Assembly: GCA_051306295.1 (NCBI GenBank)
Contig: JBPPMZ010000054.1
Location: forward strand, 8,350 to 72,349
Length of the DNA stretch: 64,000 bases
Reading direction: 5' to 3'
Origin: Candidatus Limnocylindrales bacterium
GTDB taxonomy: Bacteria > Chloroflexota > Limnocylindria > Limnocylindrales > CSP1-4
The notes beneath the pieces were generated by a model. That model had not been told where the DNA came from. It made no database searches and worked only from the letters and a program-made list of their open reading frames with translations. The position numbers and the translations under genes are program-made. Below, one piece after another: positions 43,864-54,437 of this stretch; position 1 is the stretch's first letter; every line of letters begins with the position of its first letter.

Positions 43864-44540
43864 GCCCACGCGACGACGCCGGCCACGGACTCCAGCGCAT
43901 CTACGACGCGCGGTTCGATGAGCGCGAGGTCAGCGCCAAGGACGCCGTCTGGCGGGAGATCGTCCGGTTCCTGCAGCGCTACGTCGACCCGGCAGCGCCG
44001 CTGCTGGACATCGCCTGCGATCAGGGCCACTTCGTTCGCCACGTGACAGCGGTCGAGCGGTGGGCGACGGACATCCGAGACGTTTCCACCTCGCTACCGC
44101 CCGATGTCCGATTCATCCAGTCCTCTGGCCTCGAGCTCCTGGACCATTGTCCTGCGGGAGGCTTCGGCACCATCTTCATGAGCAACTATCTCGAGCATCT
44201 CGATTCCGGCGATGCGGTCATCGAGCAGCTCCGGGTCGCGTCCATGCTGCTCCGGCCTCGCGGCCGGATCATCGTGCTCCAGCCGAACATCCGCCTCGTC
44301 GGACCACGCTACTGGGACTTCATCGATCACAAGGTCCCGCTGACGGAGCGCAGCCTCCTCGAGGCGGCCGAGCTCGCTGGCCTGCGAACGGTCGACCTGA
44401 TCACCCGGTTCCTGCCGTACTCGACCAAGGGTCGGCTGCCCAGCCATCCGGCTCTGGTCAGGGCGTACCTGCGTTGCCCGCCAGCGTGGTGGTTCCTCGG
44501 ACGACAGACGCTGTACGTGGGCGAGCGCCCGAGTGGCTAG
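43860..44540 (+). CDS. class I SAM-dependent methyltransferase
   Basis: Internal Met 27 of ORF 43782..44540 (ATGA overlap). LLDIACDQGHF motif I, FGTIFMSNYLEHL, GRIIVLQPN. Confidence 0.75.
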   Translation: MSPRDDAGHGLQRIYDARFDEREVSAKDAVWREIVRFLQRYVDPAAPLLDIACDQGHFVRHVTAVERWATDIRDVSTSLPPDVRFIQSSGLELLDHCPAGGFGTIFMSNYLEHLDSGDAVIEQLRVASMLLRPRGRIIVLQPNIRLVGPRYWDFIDHKVPLTERSLLEAAELAGLRTVDLITRFLPYSTKGRLPSHPALVRAYLRCPPAWWFLGRQTLYVGERPSG

Positions 44541-45639
44541 GGATCGGACCCCGCAGATCGACGCACACGATCCGCTACCCGGCTCCGATGAAGGGCGACG
44601 AACCCGACTCTGGCTGATCGCTCTAGCTGCCCTGGCGACACTGATCATCCTTGTTCTCACGAGCCCCGGGCTGTGGTTCTACTACGACGAGTGGGAGGTG
44701 ATTCGCCACCGGGCGCTCGACGTCCCGAGTCTCCTGCGACCGCACAACGAGCACTTCTCGGCCGTTCTCATCTTCATCCATCGTGGGCTTGTGGAGGCCT
44801 TCGGGATACTCTCGTACACGCCATTCCTGGCCGCTCTGTGGGCGACGCACCTGTTCGCCAGCGCGACCGTGTACAAACTGCTCCGCGAGGACGGGACGGC
44901 GTGGCAGGCGACCGCTGGGACGATCTTGTTCCTGGTGCCGAACTGGGGAGCGCACAACCTCGTGACGGCATTTCAGATCGGGTTCGTCCTGGCGACTGCC
45001 CTCGGCTGCCTCGCCCTTTGGTTGAGCGTGCGTCGCCCAGCCTTGTCCGCCATCCTGCTCACCGTGGCGGTCGCGACGCAGGGCGTTGGGCTCTTCTACC
45101 TGGTCGCGACCGGCGTCCGGTTGTTTGGCCGTCGGGCCCTCCTGTGGCTCGCGCTCCCCGCAGCTGTCTACGCCCTGTGGTTCGTGACCTACGGGCTCGA
45201 CGCGATGGGCCAGCATGGCCCGAGTGCGCCGATGTCGGTGCCGGCCTACGTGCTCTATGGGATCACCGGCGCATTCGGCCAGGGAGGTCCGGTCATCGGC
45301 GCCATCGTGATCACCGTGATCGCCATGGTCATCCGCCGGCGGGCGATGGATCGTTTGGTCATCGCGTCCATCCTGGGCCTGGTCGCCATGTTCGCGGCTA
45401 CAGGTCTGGTACGCGCGCAGCTAGGCCCGGAGCAGGCCCTCGTATCGCGCTACTTCACCGTCGCCCTGCCGTTCGTCCTGGTGATCGCCCTGGCAGCGTG
45501 GCGCTCGGCCTGCGAGCGCTATCCGGTGCGACGCTTCGGCCTCGCACTGGTGGCCATCGCTCTTGTCGTCGGATTGCTGTCGTTCGTGGAGTTCAGAGAT
45601 GGATGGCCGGCGCTACAGGCCGCGGACCCGGCCCTCTGA
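44533..45639 (+). CDS. polytopic membrane protein (possible GT-C-type, unassigned)
   Basis: GTG start overlapping the methyltransferase gene by 8 nt. LWFYYDEWEVIRHRAL first loop, about 9 TM helices. Confidence 0.45.
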   Translation: MARDRTPQIDAHDPLPGSDEGRRTRLWLIALAALATLIILVLTSPGLWFYYDEWEVIRHRALDVPSLLRPHNEHFSAVLIFIHRGLVEAFGILSYTPFLAALWATHLFASATVYKLLREDGTAWQATAGTILFLVPNWGAHNLVTAFQIGFVLATALGCLALWLSVRRPALSAILLTVAVATQGVGLFYLVATGVRLFGRRALLWLALPAAVYALWFVTYGLDAMGQHGPSAPMSVPAYVLYGITGAFGQGGPVIGAIVITVIAMVIRRRAMDRLVIASILGLVAMFAATGLVRAQLGPEQALVSRYFTVALPFVLVIALAAWRSACERYPVRRFGLALVAIALVVGLLSFVEFRDGWPALQAADPAL

Positions 45640-46911
45640 TCGGTCGGAGTCGGCGCGCCTCGCGCCGGGTCCCCCGCGCCAAAGCCCCACGAGGAAGATT
45701 ACGACCAGCGCCGTCATGGCGATCGAGCCCACGACCGTCAGCGTTCCGGTCGGCGGCAGCAGGTCCTGGATCTCCTGGCTTGGCGCGACGGCGGACAGGA
45801 GGTTGATCGTCACGATGACGCTTGCAGCGAGCCACCACCAGCGTACCCGCGCCTCGACCAGAAGCAGGATCGGCAGGATGAGCGCGGCGTACGCGTAGCG
45901 TTCGTGCATCTGGGTCATGGCCATGAAGAACACAAGGACCGACGCGCTGATGCCCAGGATCAGCGTGCGGGGCTTCGGATCGCGGACGATGGCGATCATG
46001 ATCGCCATCGACAGGACCCCGGTGACGGCGTAGCCGATGACCCGGAACGTTACCGGTCCGGCGATACGCACGTCATCGACGACGAACTCGCCGCCGACCG
46101 CCGCCTCCTGGAGCAGCGACCACGGGTTCCACGCGCGAAGCGACAGGGCGTTGAACACTTCGTTCTGGTAATAGGCGAGGTTCTCCACGTAGCGCAGCGG
46201 GCCGCCCGCCGGGATGAACGGCAGCCAGAGGACGACAAGCGCCACCATGCCGACCGCTCCCGTCCTGGCCACTTCAAGGATGCCGCCGCGCAACCCGCCG
46301 GCCGCATACCCGCTCGCCCAGAACCAGGCCGCGAACGGCAGCACGAACGGGATCGCCTGCGGCTTCGTGGACAGCGACACGGCGATGAGCACGGCCGCCA
46401 ACCCGTTCCGTCCCCGGGCCGCGGCGATGGCTGCCCCCAAGCCCGAGAGCACGAAGATCGACTCGTACTGGCCCCACCACGCGCTCACGTACCAGGTCGC
46501 GGGCACGAGCAGGACCGCGGCGGCGGCGGCAACGGCCCACCGCGGCCGATCGCGTAGCGCGAACGCGACGAGCCCGGCCATGCCCAGGTCCGCGAGAGAC
46601 GCGGGGACCTTCATGAGTGCCCGGATCCCTGGGTCCGCCGCGTCCGTGACGGCCGCGAACGCCGGCTGGATGGCCGCCAGGGCGCCCCACACGTAGGCCA
46701 TCACCGGCCCAAAGCTGACCGGCCCAGCATCCGTGCCGTCGTACAGCGTTCCCAGGCTGTTCGTGGCGATGTGGTGCACCCAGCCCACGAACTGGTCGAT
46801 GTCGCCACGCAGCCCCTGGGATGGCAGGAGGGCGACGCGGATGGCGATCCCGGCGGCGAACGCCGCGGCGAGGACCAGCCAGTCGGCACGCCGCCAGCCG
46901 CCCGCCGTCAT
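45613..46911 (-). CDS. GT-C-like polytopic membrane glycosyltransferase
   Basis: LRGDIDQFVGWVHHI first-loop acidic motif, about 11 TM helices. Converges on the 44533 gene with a 27-nt overlap. Confidence 0.55.
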   Translation of the reverse strand: MTAGGWRRADWLVLAAAFAAGIAIRVALLPSQGLRGDIDQFVGWVHHIATNSLGTLYDGTDAGPVSFGPVMAYVWGALAAIQPAFAAVTDAADPGIRALMKVPASLADLGMAGLVAFALRDRPRWAVAAAAAVLLVPATWYVSAWWGQYESIFVLSGLGAAIAAARGRNGLAAVLIAVSLSTKPQAIPFVLPFAAWFWASGYAAGGLRGGILEVARTGAVGMVALVVLWLPFIPAGGPLRYVENLAYYQNEVFNALSLRAWNPWSLLQEAAVGGEFVVDDVRIAGPVTFRVIGYAVTGVLSMAIMIAIVRDPKPRTLILGISASVLVFFMAMTQMHERYAYAALILPILLLVEARVRWWWLAASVIVTINLLSAVAPSQEIQDLLPPTGTLTVVGSIAMTALVVIFLVGLWRGGPGARRADSDRSEGRVRGL

Positions 46912-46915
46912 CGGC

Positions 46916-47989
46916 TCAGACGCGTCCGGTCACCCAGTAGCGCTCGGCGGCGCCATCGACCCCGCCGTATTCGCCCATCGTCTTGCCGTGGGAGCGGACG
47001 GCGTTGGCCATCGCCTTCGTGTCGTCGAACAGGCGCGCCATCTGGCTCTCGTACAGCTGGATGCCGGTGATCTTGCGTTCCATCTGGTCGGAGATGTCGG
47101 CGTAAGTCGGAAGCAGGCTGATGTCCGCCGGCAGGCCCGCGAACACATCCGGCCCCAGGTCGTCGAGGCCATCGAAGGCGTTCCAGTAGGCGTACGGGAA
47201 GTCCTCGTAGAAGACGACCGTGCCGGTGTACTCGGGACCGGGCATGACCCACTTGCGACTCTCCGCAAGGAGCCCGACCCCGACCTGTCGGCAGAGCTGG
47301 TGGTCGACATGGCCACCGACGCCCAGCGGCAGGTAGACCTTCTGCGGCTCCAGGCGAGCGATCTCGTTGCGCAACAGCTGGAACGGGGCCGTGTCGTCGG
47401 CGCGCGGCGCGGACAGGAGCTGGTCGTCGCCCTCGTAGCCGCGGAACACGGCGTCAGGCAGGTCCAGGAACACGATGCTCGCCTCGGCGAAGTAGGCGAA
47501 GCGCTCGTCCTCCATCCGGCGGCGAGCCATCAGGTCGCCCGCGGCAGCCGCGTCCATGATCTCCTCGGTCATCACGGCGCCCTGGGTCGATAGGTCGTCG
47601 ATGACGGGCTGGCCGGCGAGTGACACGTTCCGGATGCTCGCCCGGCGATACCACGAGGAGCGCTGCCAGAAGCGCTTGGCAGCCGCATCGGCATCGGTCT
47701 GGGTCGCGTCCAGGGCGGCGGCGCTGGCGGCCCACGGGTCGGCGGCTGCGGCGGTCGGGTAGTCGGCCAGGATCGACGAGCGGTTGAAGGCCTCCGACGC
47801 TGGCCAGAGGGTCTTGCCACCGAAGCCCAGGGCCTCGCGCTGGTAGGTGGTCAGGTCGTCCGACTCGGTGTTGCCGGAGAAGACGGTCACGATGGCCACG
47901 TTCTGGCCGAGCTCGCGCAGGCTGGCGATCAGGCCCCCGCACGAGAGGGCGACATCGTCCGGATGCGGGGCGACGAAGACGTGGGTCAT
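46916..47989 (-). CDS. PIG-L/LmbE family N-acetylglucosaminyl deacetylase with C-terminal extension
   Basis: MTHVFVAPHPDDVALSCGG...VTVFSG N-terminal signature; later GGHVDHQL metal-ligand motif. Confidence 0.85.
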   Translation of the reverse strand: MTHVFVAPHPDDVALSCGGLIASLRELGQNVAIVTVFSGNTESDDLTTYQREALGFGGKTLWPASEAFNRSSILADYPTAAAADPWAASAAALDATQTDADAAAKRFWQRSSWYRRASIRNVSLAGQPVIDDLSTQGAVMTEEIMDAAAAGDLMARRRMEDERFAYFAEASIVFLDLPDAVFRGYEGDDQLLSAPRADDTAPFQLLRNEIARLEPQKVYLPLGVGGHVDHQLCRQVGVGLLAESRKWVMPGPEYTGTVVFYEDFPYAYWNAFDGLDDLGPDVFAGLPADISLLPTYADISDQMERKITGIQLYESQMARLFDDTKAMANAVRSHGKTMGEYGGVDGAAERYWVTGRV

Positions 47990-48897
47990 GGTCGGGCGAG
48001 TATACCGAGCGCGATGGTCACTCCGATGATCCGCGAGGGAGCTGCCAGCCTCTGGACTCCGCCCACACGGCGATCGGCGCGATGACGACCACGAGTTGGC
48101 CCCAGTACAGGTTCGGACTCGCGATCATCGCGCCCAGGGCGCGGCTCCACGGTCGCTGTAGCACGATGAGCCCCGCGGCGACCGGTAGGCGGACCAGGAA
48201 CGGTATCGGTACGAGCGGGGCGATGGGATCCGCGACGTTGCCGATCAGGGCGGCGATCCAGTCGGGAAACAAGTACGGCCACGGGAGGGCGATCACGGCG
48301 AAGGCGGCGACGGACAAGGCGAAGGGGCGCCATGACCGGGGTGGTAACGCCAGCGCGGGCCAGATCTTGGCCCAGGCCATCACGGCCAGCGGCCACACCC
48401 GTCCGCGCTGAGCCTCGACGATGGCGGCTGCGCACAGGATGTTCAACTGGCCGGCCGCCATCTCGCTGGCGACCAGGGGAAACCACAGGAACCACCCGAC
48501 GCGGACCCAGGATCGTCCGGCGATCAGCCACAGGGCGACCACGTCCAGGACGATGATGGCCAGGTGGAGCGCAGCGGCGGGCAGGAGAGCGAAGAGACCA
48601 AGGATCGGTGCCCATGGCGGACCGTAGAAGAACAGACCGGTGTACGGTCGCTGGTCCCGGAGGAATGCCTCACCGACCGGATGGAAGACGACCGCGATAT
48701 CGATTCCCGGGAACGCTGACCCGTAGATGCCGAACAGGACGATCAGCCATGCAGCAGCGTTGAGGTAGCCACCGACCGCCAGCGGGTAGCGCAAGGGCCG
48801 CAGATCCACCCGGGAAAGGCGATCGCGCAGGGATCCATCGTCCCGCCCGTTTGCGGCGTCGGGTGGCCTCACTGGCCGAGTATATGCACGGCCTTGG

Positions 48898-49557
<660 letters not shown>

Positions 49558-49566
49558 CCGAGCAGC

Positions 49567-50820
49567 CTATCCCTCCGAGAACGCCGGTTCCATCTGTTGC
49601 ACGTCGTATGTCCCCAGGCCGACCGACCGAGCCGCGCCCCGCCACTCAGCCACGGCCCGTCGCACCTCGTTGACCAGGGTGTTCGCGTCGGGCTTCGACA
49701 GTCGGAAGTAGGGCGCGAGCGCGATGACCATGGCGAGATCGGGTGCGTCGCTGTCGCCGTCCAGGGACAGGGCATGCCGATCGCGACCGGGCGTCGGGGT
49801 CAGATCGAACGCCGGCGACAGGCGCCATCCGCCCGCGCCCCACAGGAAGCCGTGGTTGCGCAGGTGATCGTCCCGGACGCCGGCCAGGACGTTGAACACC
49901 AGTCGACGGTAGGTCTGGGCCAGCTCGGCGGGGATCGCCGACGCGTCGGCATGGTCACCGATGGCTTCGGCGACATCGAGGTAGCTCGCCGGCTCTCCAT
50001 CGACATGGCCGGTGAGGGTCATCGCCGAGGCGTAGTGATGGCGCTGGTCCCCCACGCGATCGAAGCGGCGCGCTGCGAACGTCCGGTGGCTTGCCCCCAG
50101 GTCGAGGAGGCGAGCCTCGGGGACCTTGATGCCCGACGTTGCCGCGAGTCCATGCAGCACGTACTCCCATGCCCCGACATCGACGGTGTCGGAGCGCGAG
50201 GGAAACTTGGCGATCCACGGCGCGCCGGACTCGTCGAGGAATGTCGCCTTGGGCCGGGCTCCGCCGAGCGAACTGCCGGGCGCCAACAGGATCTTGAGCC
50301 AGCGCGCCTCCGACACCGGATCCTGGCGCGGTGACTCGAGGGCTCGTGCCGCGGCCTCCAGCTCGCGCAGCCGGGTGAACGGAGGGATCGGCAGCGGTCG
50401 GTCGGCGAGGTAGGCGACCGTTCGAGGGTTTCGAAGGCGCAGTCCGCCCATGCGGACCGGGTCGGCGACACCGAGCAGGAAGTCCCATTCGTCCAGCCGG
50501 CGCACCTTTCGACCCTCGTCCGTCGCCTCGGCGGCTTCTCGCCGCTCCATGAGCGAGCGGCCCCATCGATCAGGTGCGGCATCGGAGAGGATGCCGAACA
50601 GCCCGCCATCCGGCGCGAACTGATCGCCCGGATAGAGCCCGAGTGATGGGTCGATCGCGAAGGACCGGCGGTCGTCGAGCCATGTCTGGTCGAACGCGAA
50701 CGAGATCGCGGTCCGGCTCCCTGCTCCGACCCGCCGCAAGGAGCCCACGATCGATGGATCGGACTCACCGGGTCGTTGGAGCAGGACCTCGACCTCGTCG
50801 GGTGCGGGTCCCGATTTCAC
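49567..50820 (-). CDS. hipA: type II toxin HipA-family serine/threonine kinase
   Basis: Couple_hipA-like N-terminus, LGGARPKATF motif, DDHLRNHGF catalytic loop. GTGA overlap with the upstream HTH gene. Confidence 0.85.
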   Translation of the reverse strand: MKSGPAPDEVEVLLQRPGESDPSIVGSLRRVGAGSRTAISFAFDQTWLDDRRSFAIDPSLGLYPGDQFAPDGGLFGILSDAAPDRWGRSLMERREAAEATDEGRKVRRLDEWDFLLGVADPVRMGGLRLRNPRTVAYLADRPLPIPPFTRLRELEAAARALESPRQDPVSEARWLKILLAPGSSLGGARPKATFLDESGAPWIAKFPSRSDTVDVGAWEYVLHGLAATSGIKVPEARLLDLGASHRTFAARRFDRVGDQRHHYASAMTLTGHVDGEPASYLDVAEAIGDHADASAIPAELAQTYRRLVFNVLAGVRDDHLRNHGFLWGAGGWRLSPAFDLTPTPGRDRHALSLDGDSDAPDLAMVIALAPYFRLSKPDANTLVNEVRRAVAEWRGAARSVGLGTYDVQQMEPAFSEG

Positions 50821-51152
50821 GTCGGAGGCCTCGTGGGCGGTCGTCTTCGCGGCCCCCTCGCGGGCTGAGAGAGGGCGATGTCCTGGAGGCGCCGACCGAG
50901 TTCGTCATCCCGCGCGATCATGTCGAGGTCTCCCTCGAGGCCGAGGACGCCGAGGTACCTGGCCAGCACCGACAAGCCGATCGTCAGGTCGCCCTTCTCC
51001 AGCCGATGCAGCGTGTCACGTGACGCGCCTACCCGGGCGGCCATGTCCGTGGCCGTGATCCCCCGCCGGGAGCGGGCCAGCCGGAGCCGTTCGCCGAGGT
51101 CCTCCGCGCGACGCTGGACCCGCGGAAACGACGCCCGCGTGATCTTGCTCAT
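50817..51152 (-). CDS. hipB: HipB-like XRE-family HTH antitoxin
   Basis: ORF 50817..51206; start at 51152 (MSKITRAS) or 51206. LGERLRLARSRRGITATDMAARVGASRDTLHRLEKG HTH. Confidence 0.7.
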   Translation of the reverse strand: MSKITRASFPRVQRRAEDLGERLRLARSRRGITATDMAARVGASRDTLHRLEKGDLTIGLSVLARYLGVLGLEGDLDMIARDDELGRRLQDIALSQPARGPRRRPPTRPPT

Positions 51153-51239
51153 GTCCGATATCGTGGACGTTACGACTGGAAGTGTCAACGGTATCGGACG
51201 TCCCATGGGCGATACCGCACTCCAGCTGGCCCGCTGAGG

Positions 51240-51381
51240 CCGTGCGTGGGGGTCACGGTTTCGCGGTCAACGGACCAGATCGGGCGTTCCTCGGCGATGG
51301 TCCGTGCGTGGGAATCACGCCTGCCGCTCGAGGAGGCCGGGCCAGGGCCGCCCGGCTCGAAACCGTGCGTGGGAATCAGCT
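51240..51381 (+). repeat. array A: three direct copies of a 19-bp motif CCGTGCGTGGGARTCACGG at 62/61-bp phasing
   Basis: Copies at 51240-51258, 51302-51320, 51363-51381. The intervening 42-43 bp are mutually unrelated. The last copy overlaps the stop codon of the 51380..52093 gene. Confidence 0.8.
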
Positions 51382-52093
51382 ACGGGGCAGGAGACCCGGA
51401 CGGAGCGGCGGATGCGCTCGGGGCCGCGCTTGGGCTCGCGCTGGGTGCCGCCGACGGGCTCGCACCCGCGGAGGCGGAAGCTGAGGCACTCGCAGAGGGC
51501 GAGGTGCTCGTGGACGGTGCCACGCTCGCACTCGCCGAGGGCCGCGGGGTGGGGGTTCCCGTGATGAGGCCGCCCTTGCCGAGCAGGAAGCCGTTCAGCA
51601 GGATCGCCACGAAGACGGCCACCGTCACGATCACGAAGATCTTCGACCACGGCTCGTTGACGTGGACCGCGAGCTCGGATGCGGTCGGGGCGCGGTTGGT
51701 CGGCTTGGTCTCACCGCGGCGTCGAGCGCTCGACGGGGCCGCGCTCGCGGCCGCGGGCTCGGACTCGGCCGGCGCGACAGGGGCGTCCGGCGCGTCGTCG
51801 AGCTCGTCGTCGGGAGCCTCGTCGGTGTTGAGTTCCTGGTCGTCGGCGTCCTCGTCGTCCGCGTCGTCATCGGCGGCCGGCTCGGGCTCGGGCTCCGGCG
51901 CAGTCGCAGGCTCGGGCTCCGGCGCAGTCGCAGGCTCTGGCGCAGACGCAGACGCAGGCTCGGGATCGGGCACCGGCGCGGCGGCGGCCTCCGGCTCGGG
52001 CGCCGCGGGCGCGTCGGGGTCGGTCGTCTCCGGGTCGGGCGTGCCCTCGGGTCGGTCGGTCATCCGCTCGTCATCGCTCCTGGGGTGCGGCAC
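51380..52093 (-). CDS. single-pass membrane protein with acidic Pro/Ala/Glu-rich N-terminus and Ser/Ala/Pro-rich C-terminus
   Basis: Central TM IFVIVTVAVFVAILLNGFLLG with high GC3 in this frame. Tandem PEPATAPE repeats. No family recognised. Confidence 0.55.
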   Translation of the reverse strand: MPHPRSDDERMTDRPEGTPDPETTDPDAPAAPEPEAAAAPVPDPEPASASAPEPATAPEPEPATAPEPEPEPAADDDADDEDADDQELNTDEAPDDELDDAPDAPVAPAESEPAAASAAPSSARRRGETKPTNRAPTASELAVHVNEPWSKIFVIVTVAVFVAILLNGFLLGKGGLITGTPTPRPSASASVAPSTSTSPSASASASASAGASPSAAPSASPSAAPSASAAPSGSPAP

Positions 52094-52166
52094 AGGTCAT
52101 CCGGTCGAACGCCGCCGCGCGGGCGCCAGTGTACCCAAGTCGAACGGCCGGGCCGCGCAATCGCGC

Positions 52167-54341
52167 TCACGTGGCGTCGCGGATGGCGGGCACGAGGAAC
52201 CCGGCGATCCCGGCGCCCATGCTCACCAGCCCGAACAGGGCGATCACGAGCGTGACCGGGATGAACACCGAGAGGATGCCGCCCAGGGCCATCGCCAGTG
52301 CCATCGAGCCGAAGACCAGCGCGAACCGGAACCCGACGACGCGGCCCATCAACGCGCCCGGCGTCCGTTCCTGGAACAGCGCCTGGCTCGGGATGATGAA
52401 GACCATGTTGGCCACCCCGGAGCCGATCGCTAGCCCGATGACGATGCCAAGGTTGCCCGACAGCGCGAGGAAGACCGTGCACAGGCCCCAGACCGCGTAG
52501 CCGGCGCTGATCAGTCGACCCTTGGCCAGGCGGGAGCCGATGAGCCCGATGACGAAGCCGCCGATCAGGTTGCCGACGCCGATCCCGGATTCGATGAAGC
52601 CGTACGCCACGGTCGGCGCGATGCCCTGCGGCTCGAAGACCGCCACGGTGTACGCGACGGTCAGGGCGGTCAGCACGCCGACGTTGAGCTGCGCGACGGC
52701 AGCCTGGATCGTGTTCGCGAAAAGGGTCCGCTCGGAGCGCAGGAATCGATAGCCCGCCTGCATCTCGCCGAAGAAGCCGGTCGGCTGAGAGGCATCGTCG
52801 GCGGTGGCGGCCTGGGCCTCGGCGGTTTCCGCGGCTTCGGTCGCATCGGAGGCGACCGGATCTCGGATGAGCATCGTGCTGATGAGCGCGGCGGAGGCGA
52901 TGTACGTGGCGGCGTCCAGCCAGAACGCGACGGGGAGGGCCAAACCGAGCGCCGTGACGAACAGCGCGGCGAGCGGCAGGCCGACGACGTCCGCGATGGT
53001 CTCGCCGACCCACAGCGCGCTGTTGGCCGTGACGAGTTCGTCCTTGGCCACGATCCGCGGCAGGATCGCGATGCGCGCCGGCCGGAAGAAGATCGAGATC
53101 GTCGTCAGCAGGAAGACCAGCGGGAAGACGAACCAGACGCTCGTCACGATGGCCACCGGGATGATCAGGACCGTCGCGGCGCGGAGGAGGTCGCTGACGA
53201 TCATCACTTCCTTGTGATCCCAGCGATCGACGAAGGTGCCCGCGATCGGACTGAACACCAGGTTCGGGATGAACCCGGCGACGAACACGAAGGCGGTCGC
53301 GAGCGCCGAGCCGGTGGTGATCTGGACCGCGAAGGCCAGCGCGATGAGATGCAGCCGATCACCGAACAGCGAGACGAGCTGGCCTGCCCACAGAGCGGAG
53401 AACGAGCCGTTGAGGGCGAGCCGAACATACGGGTGTCGGCGGACCCGGGCCAGCATCTCCGGGGAGGGACGGGGCAGGGTGATCGTGGGCGCGGAGGACG
53501 TGGCACCCGGGATCGAGACGCCGGAGGCATCGAAGGCGGCGCTCGCGGCCGCATCGTCCAGGTCGTCCGGGTACGGTCCGACGGGTAGCGGCGCCAACGC
53601 CGGGGAGCTGAGTCCCGTGCCGCCCGATTGCGAACCCAGGAAGACCGGTCGGTCCAGGGAGGCCGTGTCCTGGATGGCCGGAGCGAGGCCCGTCTCGGGG
53701 TTGATCGTGGTCCCGTCCCGGCGGGGGAGGCGGGTCGCACCGGCCAGACCGAACAGGCGGCGCCGGATGGCCTCTTCCTCGCTCGCCTCCAGGTGGCTCG
53801 GCACGCGGATGACGCCGGCGAACAGGAAGAAGCCCAGGCCCAGGGTGAGGAACACGTCGCCGAGCGAGGCCACGTTCTGGACGAACGGCAGCGGGATCGG
53901 GATGACGTCGCCCAGGATCAGGCCGCGGAGCAGGAAGTCGGTCGCCGTGCCTGGGACGACGATGTGCAGGGCGGAGGTCACGTCCAGCTGGGTGAGTCCG
54001 GCGGCCGAGAGGGCCGCCTCCCAGATCGGCATGTGGCCGCCGTTGATCGTGATGACGATCGCGTTCAGCAGGATGCCGATGAACGCGAGGCCCAGACCCG
54101 GGTAGCCGCGATTGACATACAGGCCACCGAGGAGGAGGGCAAACCCGCTGGTCAGGAGCGGGACACGCAGGGCGTCGATGATCTCGACGCCCTGGTTGAG
54201 CAGCGCTTCGGTCCCGAACCGGACGATGACCGCCGCGAACAGGATCCAGGTGGCCCGCAACTGGATGCTGCCCAGGTTGCTGAGCCGGCCGCCATTGCGG
54301 AGGCCGAGGAGCAGACCGAGGACGATGCCGCCGATCAGCAT
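52167..54341 (-). CDS. DUF5317-like membrane domain fused to an MFS transporter
   Basis: The N-terminal 180 aa (MLIGGIVLGLLLGLRNGGRLSNLGSIQLRATWILFAAVIV...GDVFLTLGLGFFLF) resemble DUF5317, from memory. Pro-rich linker, then a 12-TM MFS (RLALNGSFSALWAGQLVSLFGDRL). Confidence 0.7.
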   Translation of the reverse strand: MLIGGIVLGLLLGLRNGGRLSNLGSIQLRATWILFAAVIVRFGTEALLNQGVEIIDALRVPLLTSGFALLLGGLYVNRGYPGLGLAFIGILLNAIVITINGGHMPIWEAALSAAGLTQLDVTSALHIVVPGTATDFLLRGLILGDVIPIPLPFVQNVASLGDVFLTLGLGFFLFAGVIRVPSHLEASEEEAIRRRLFGLAGATRLPRRDGTTINPETGLAPAIQDTASLDRPVFLGSQSGGTGLSSPALAPLPVGPYPDDLDDAAASAAFDASGVSIPGATSSAPTITLPRPSPEMLARVRRHPYVRLALNGSFSALWAGQLVSLFGDRLHLIALAFAVQITTGSALATAFVFVAGFIPNLVFSPIAGTFVDRWDHKEVMIVSDLLRAATVLIIPVAIVTSVWFVFPLVFLLTTISIFFRPARIAILPRIVAKDELVTANSALWVGETIADVVGLPLAALFVTALGLALPVAFWLDAATYIASAALISTMLIRDPVASDATEAAETAEAQAATADDASQPTGFFGEMQAGYRFLRSERTLFANTIQAAVAQLNVGVLTALTVAYTVAVFEPQGIAPTVAYGFIESGIGVGNLIGGFVIGLIGSRLAKGRLISAGYAVWGLCTVFLALSGNLGIVIGLAIGSGVANMVFIIPSQALFQERTPGALMGRVVGFRFALVFGSMALAMALGGILSVFIPVTLVIALFGLVSMGAGIAGFLVPAIRDAT

Positions 54342-54437
54342 GTGGGGGTGGGTGTGCGGGCGGTCTCGGCGATCACGGCGTCATGATGGGGTCTCGCGGC
54401 CCCTACCCGCCGGCCTTGCCGGGCCCCGGTGGCCTAC

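Noticed and set aside
51246-52433. Plus-strand 395-aa Ser/Gly/Ala-rich ORF antisense to the acidic membrane protein and the MFS 3' end
   Set aside because: It has no recognisable features and crosses an intergenic gap and two minus-strand genes. The minus-strand frame has a clean TM helix and high GC3.
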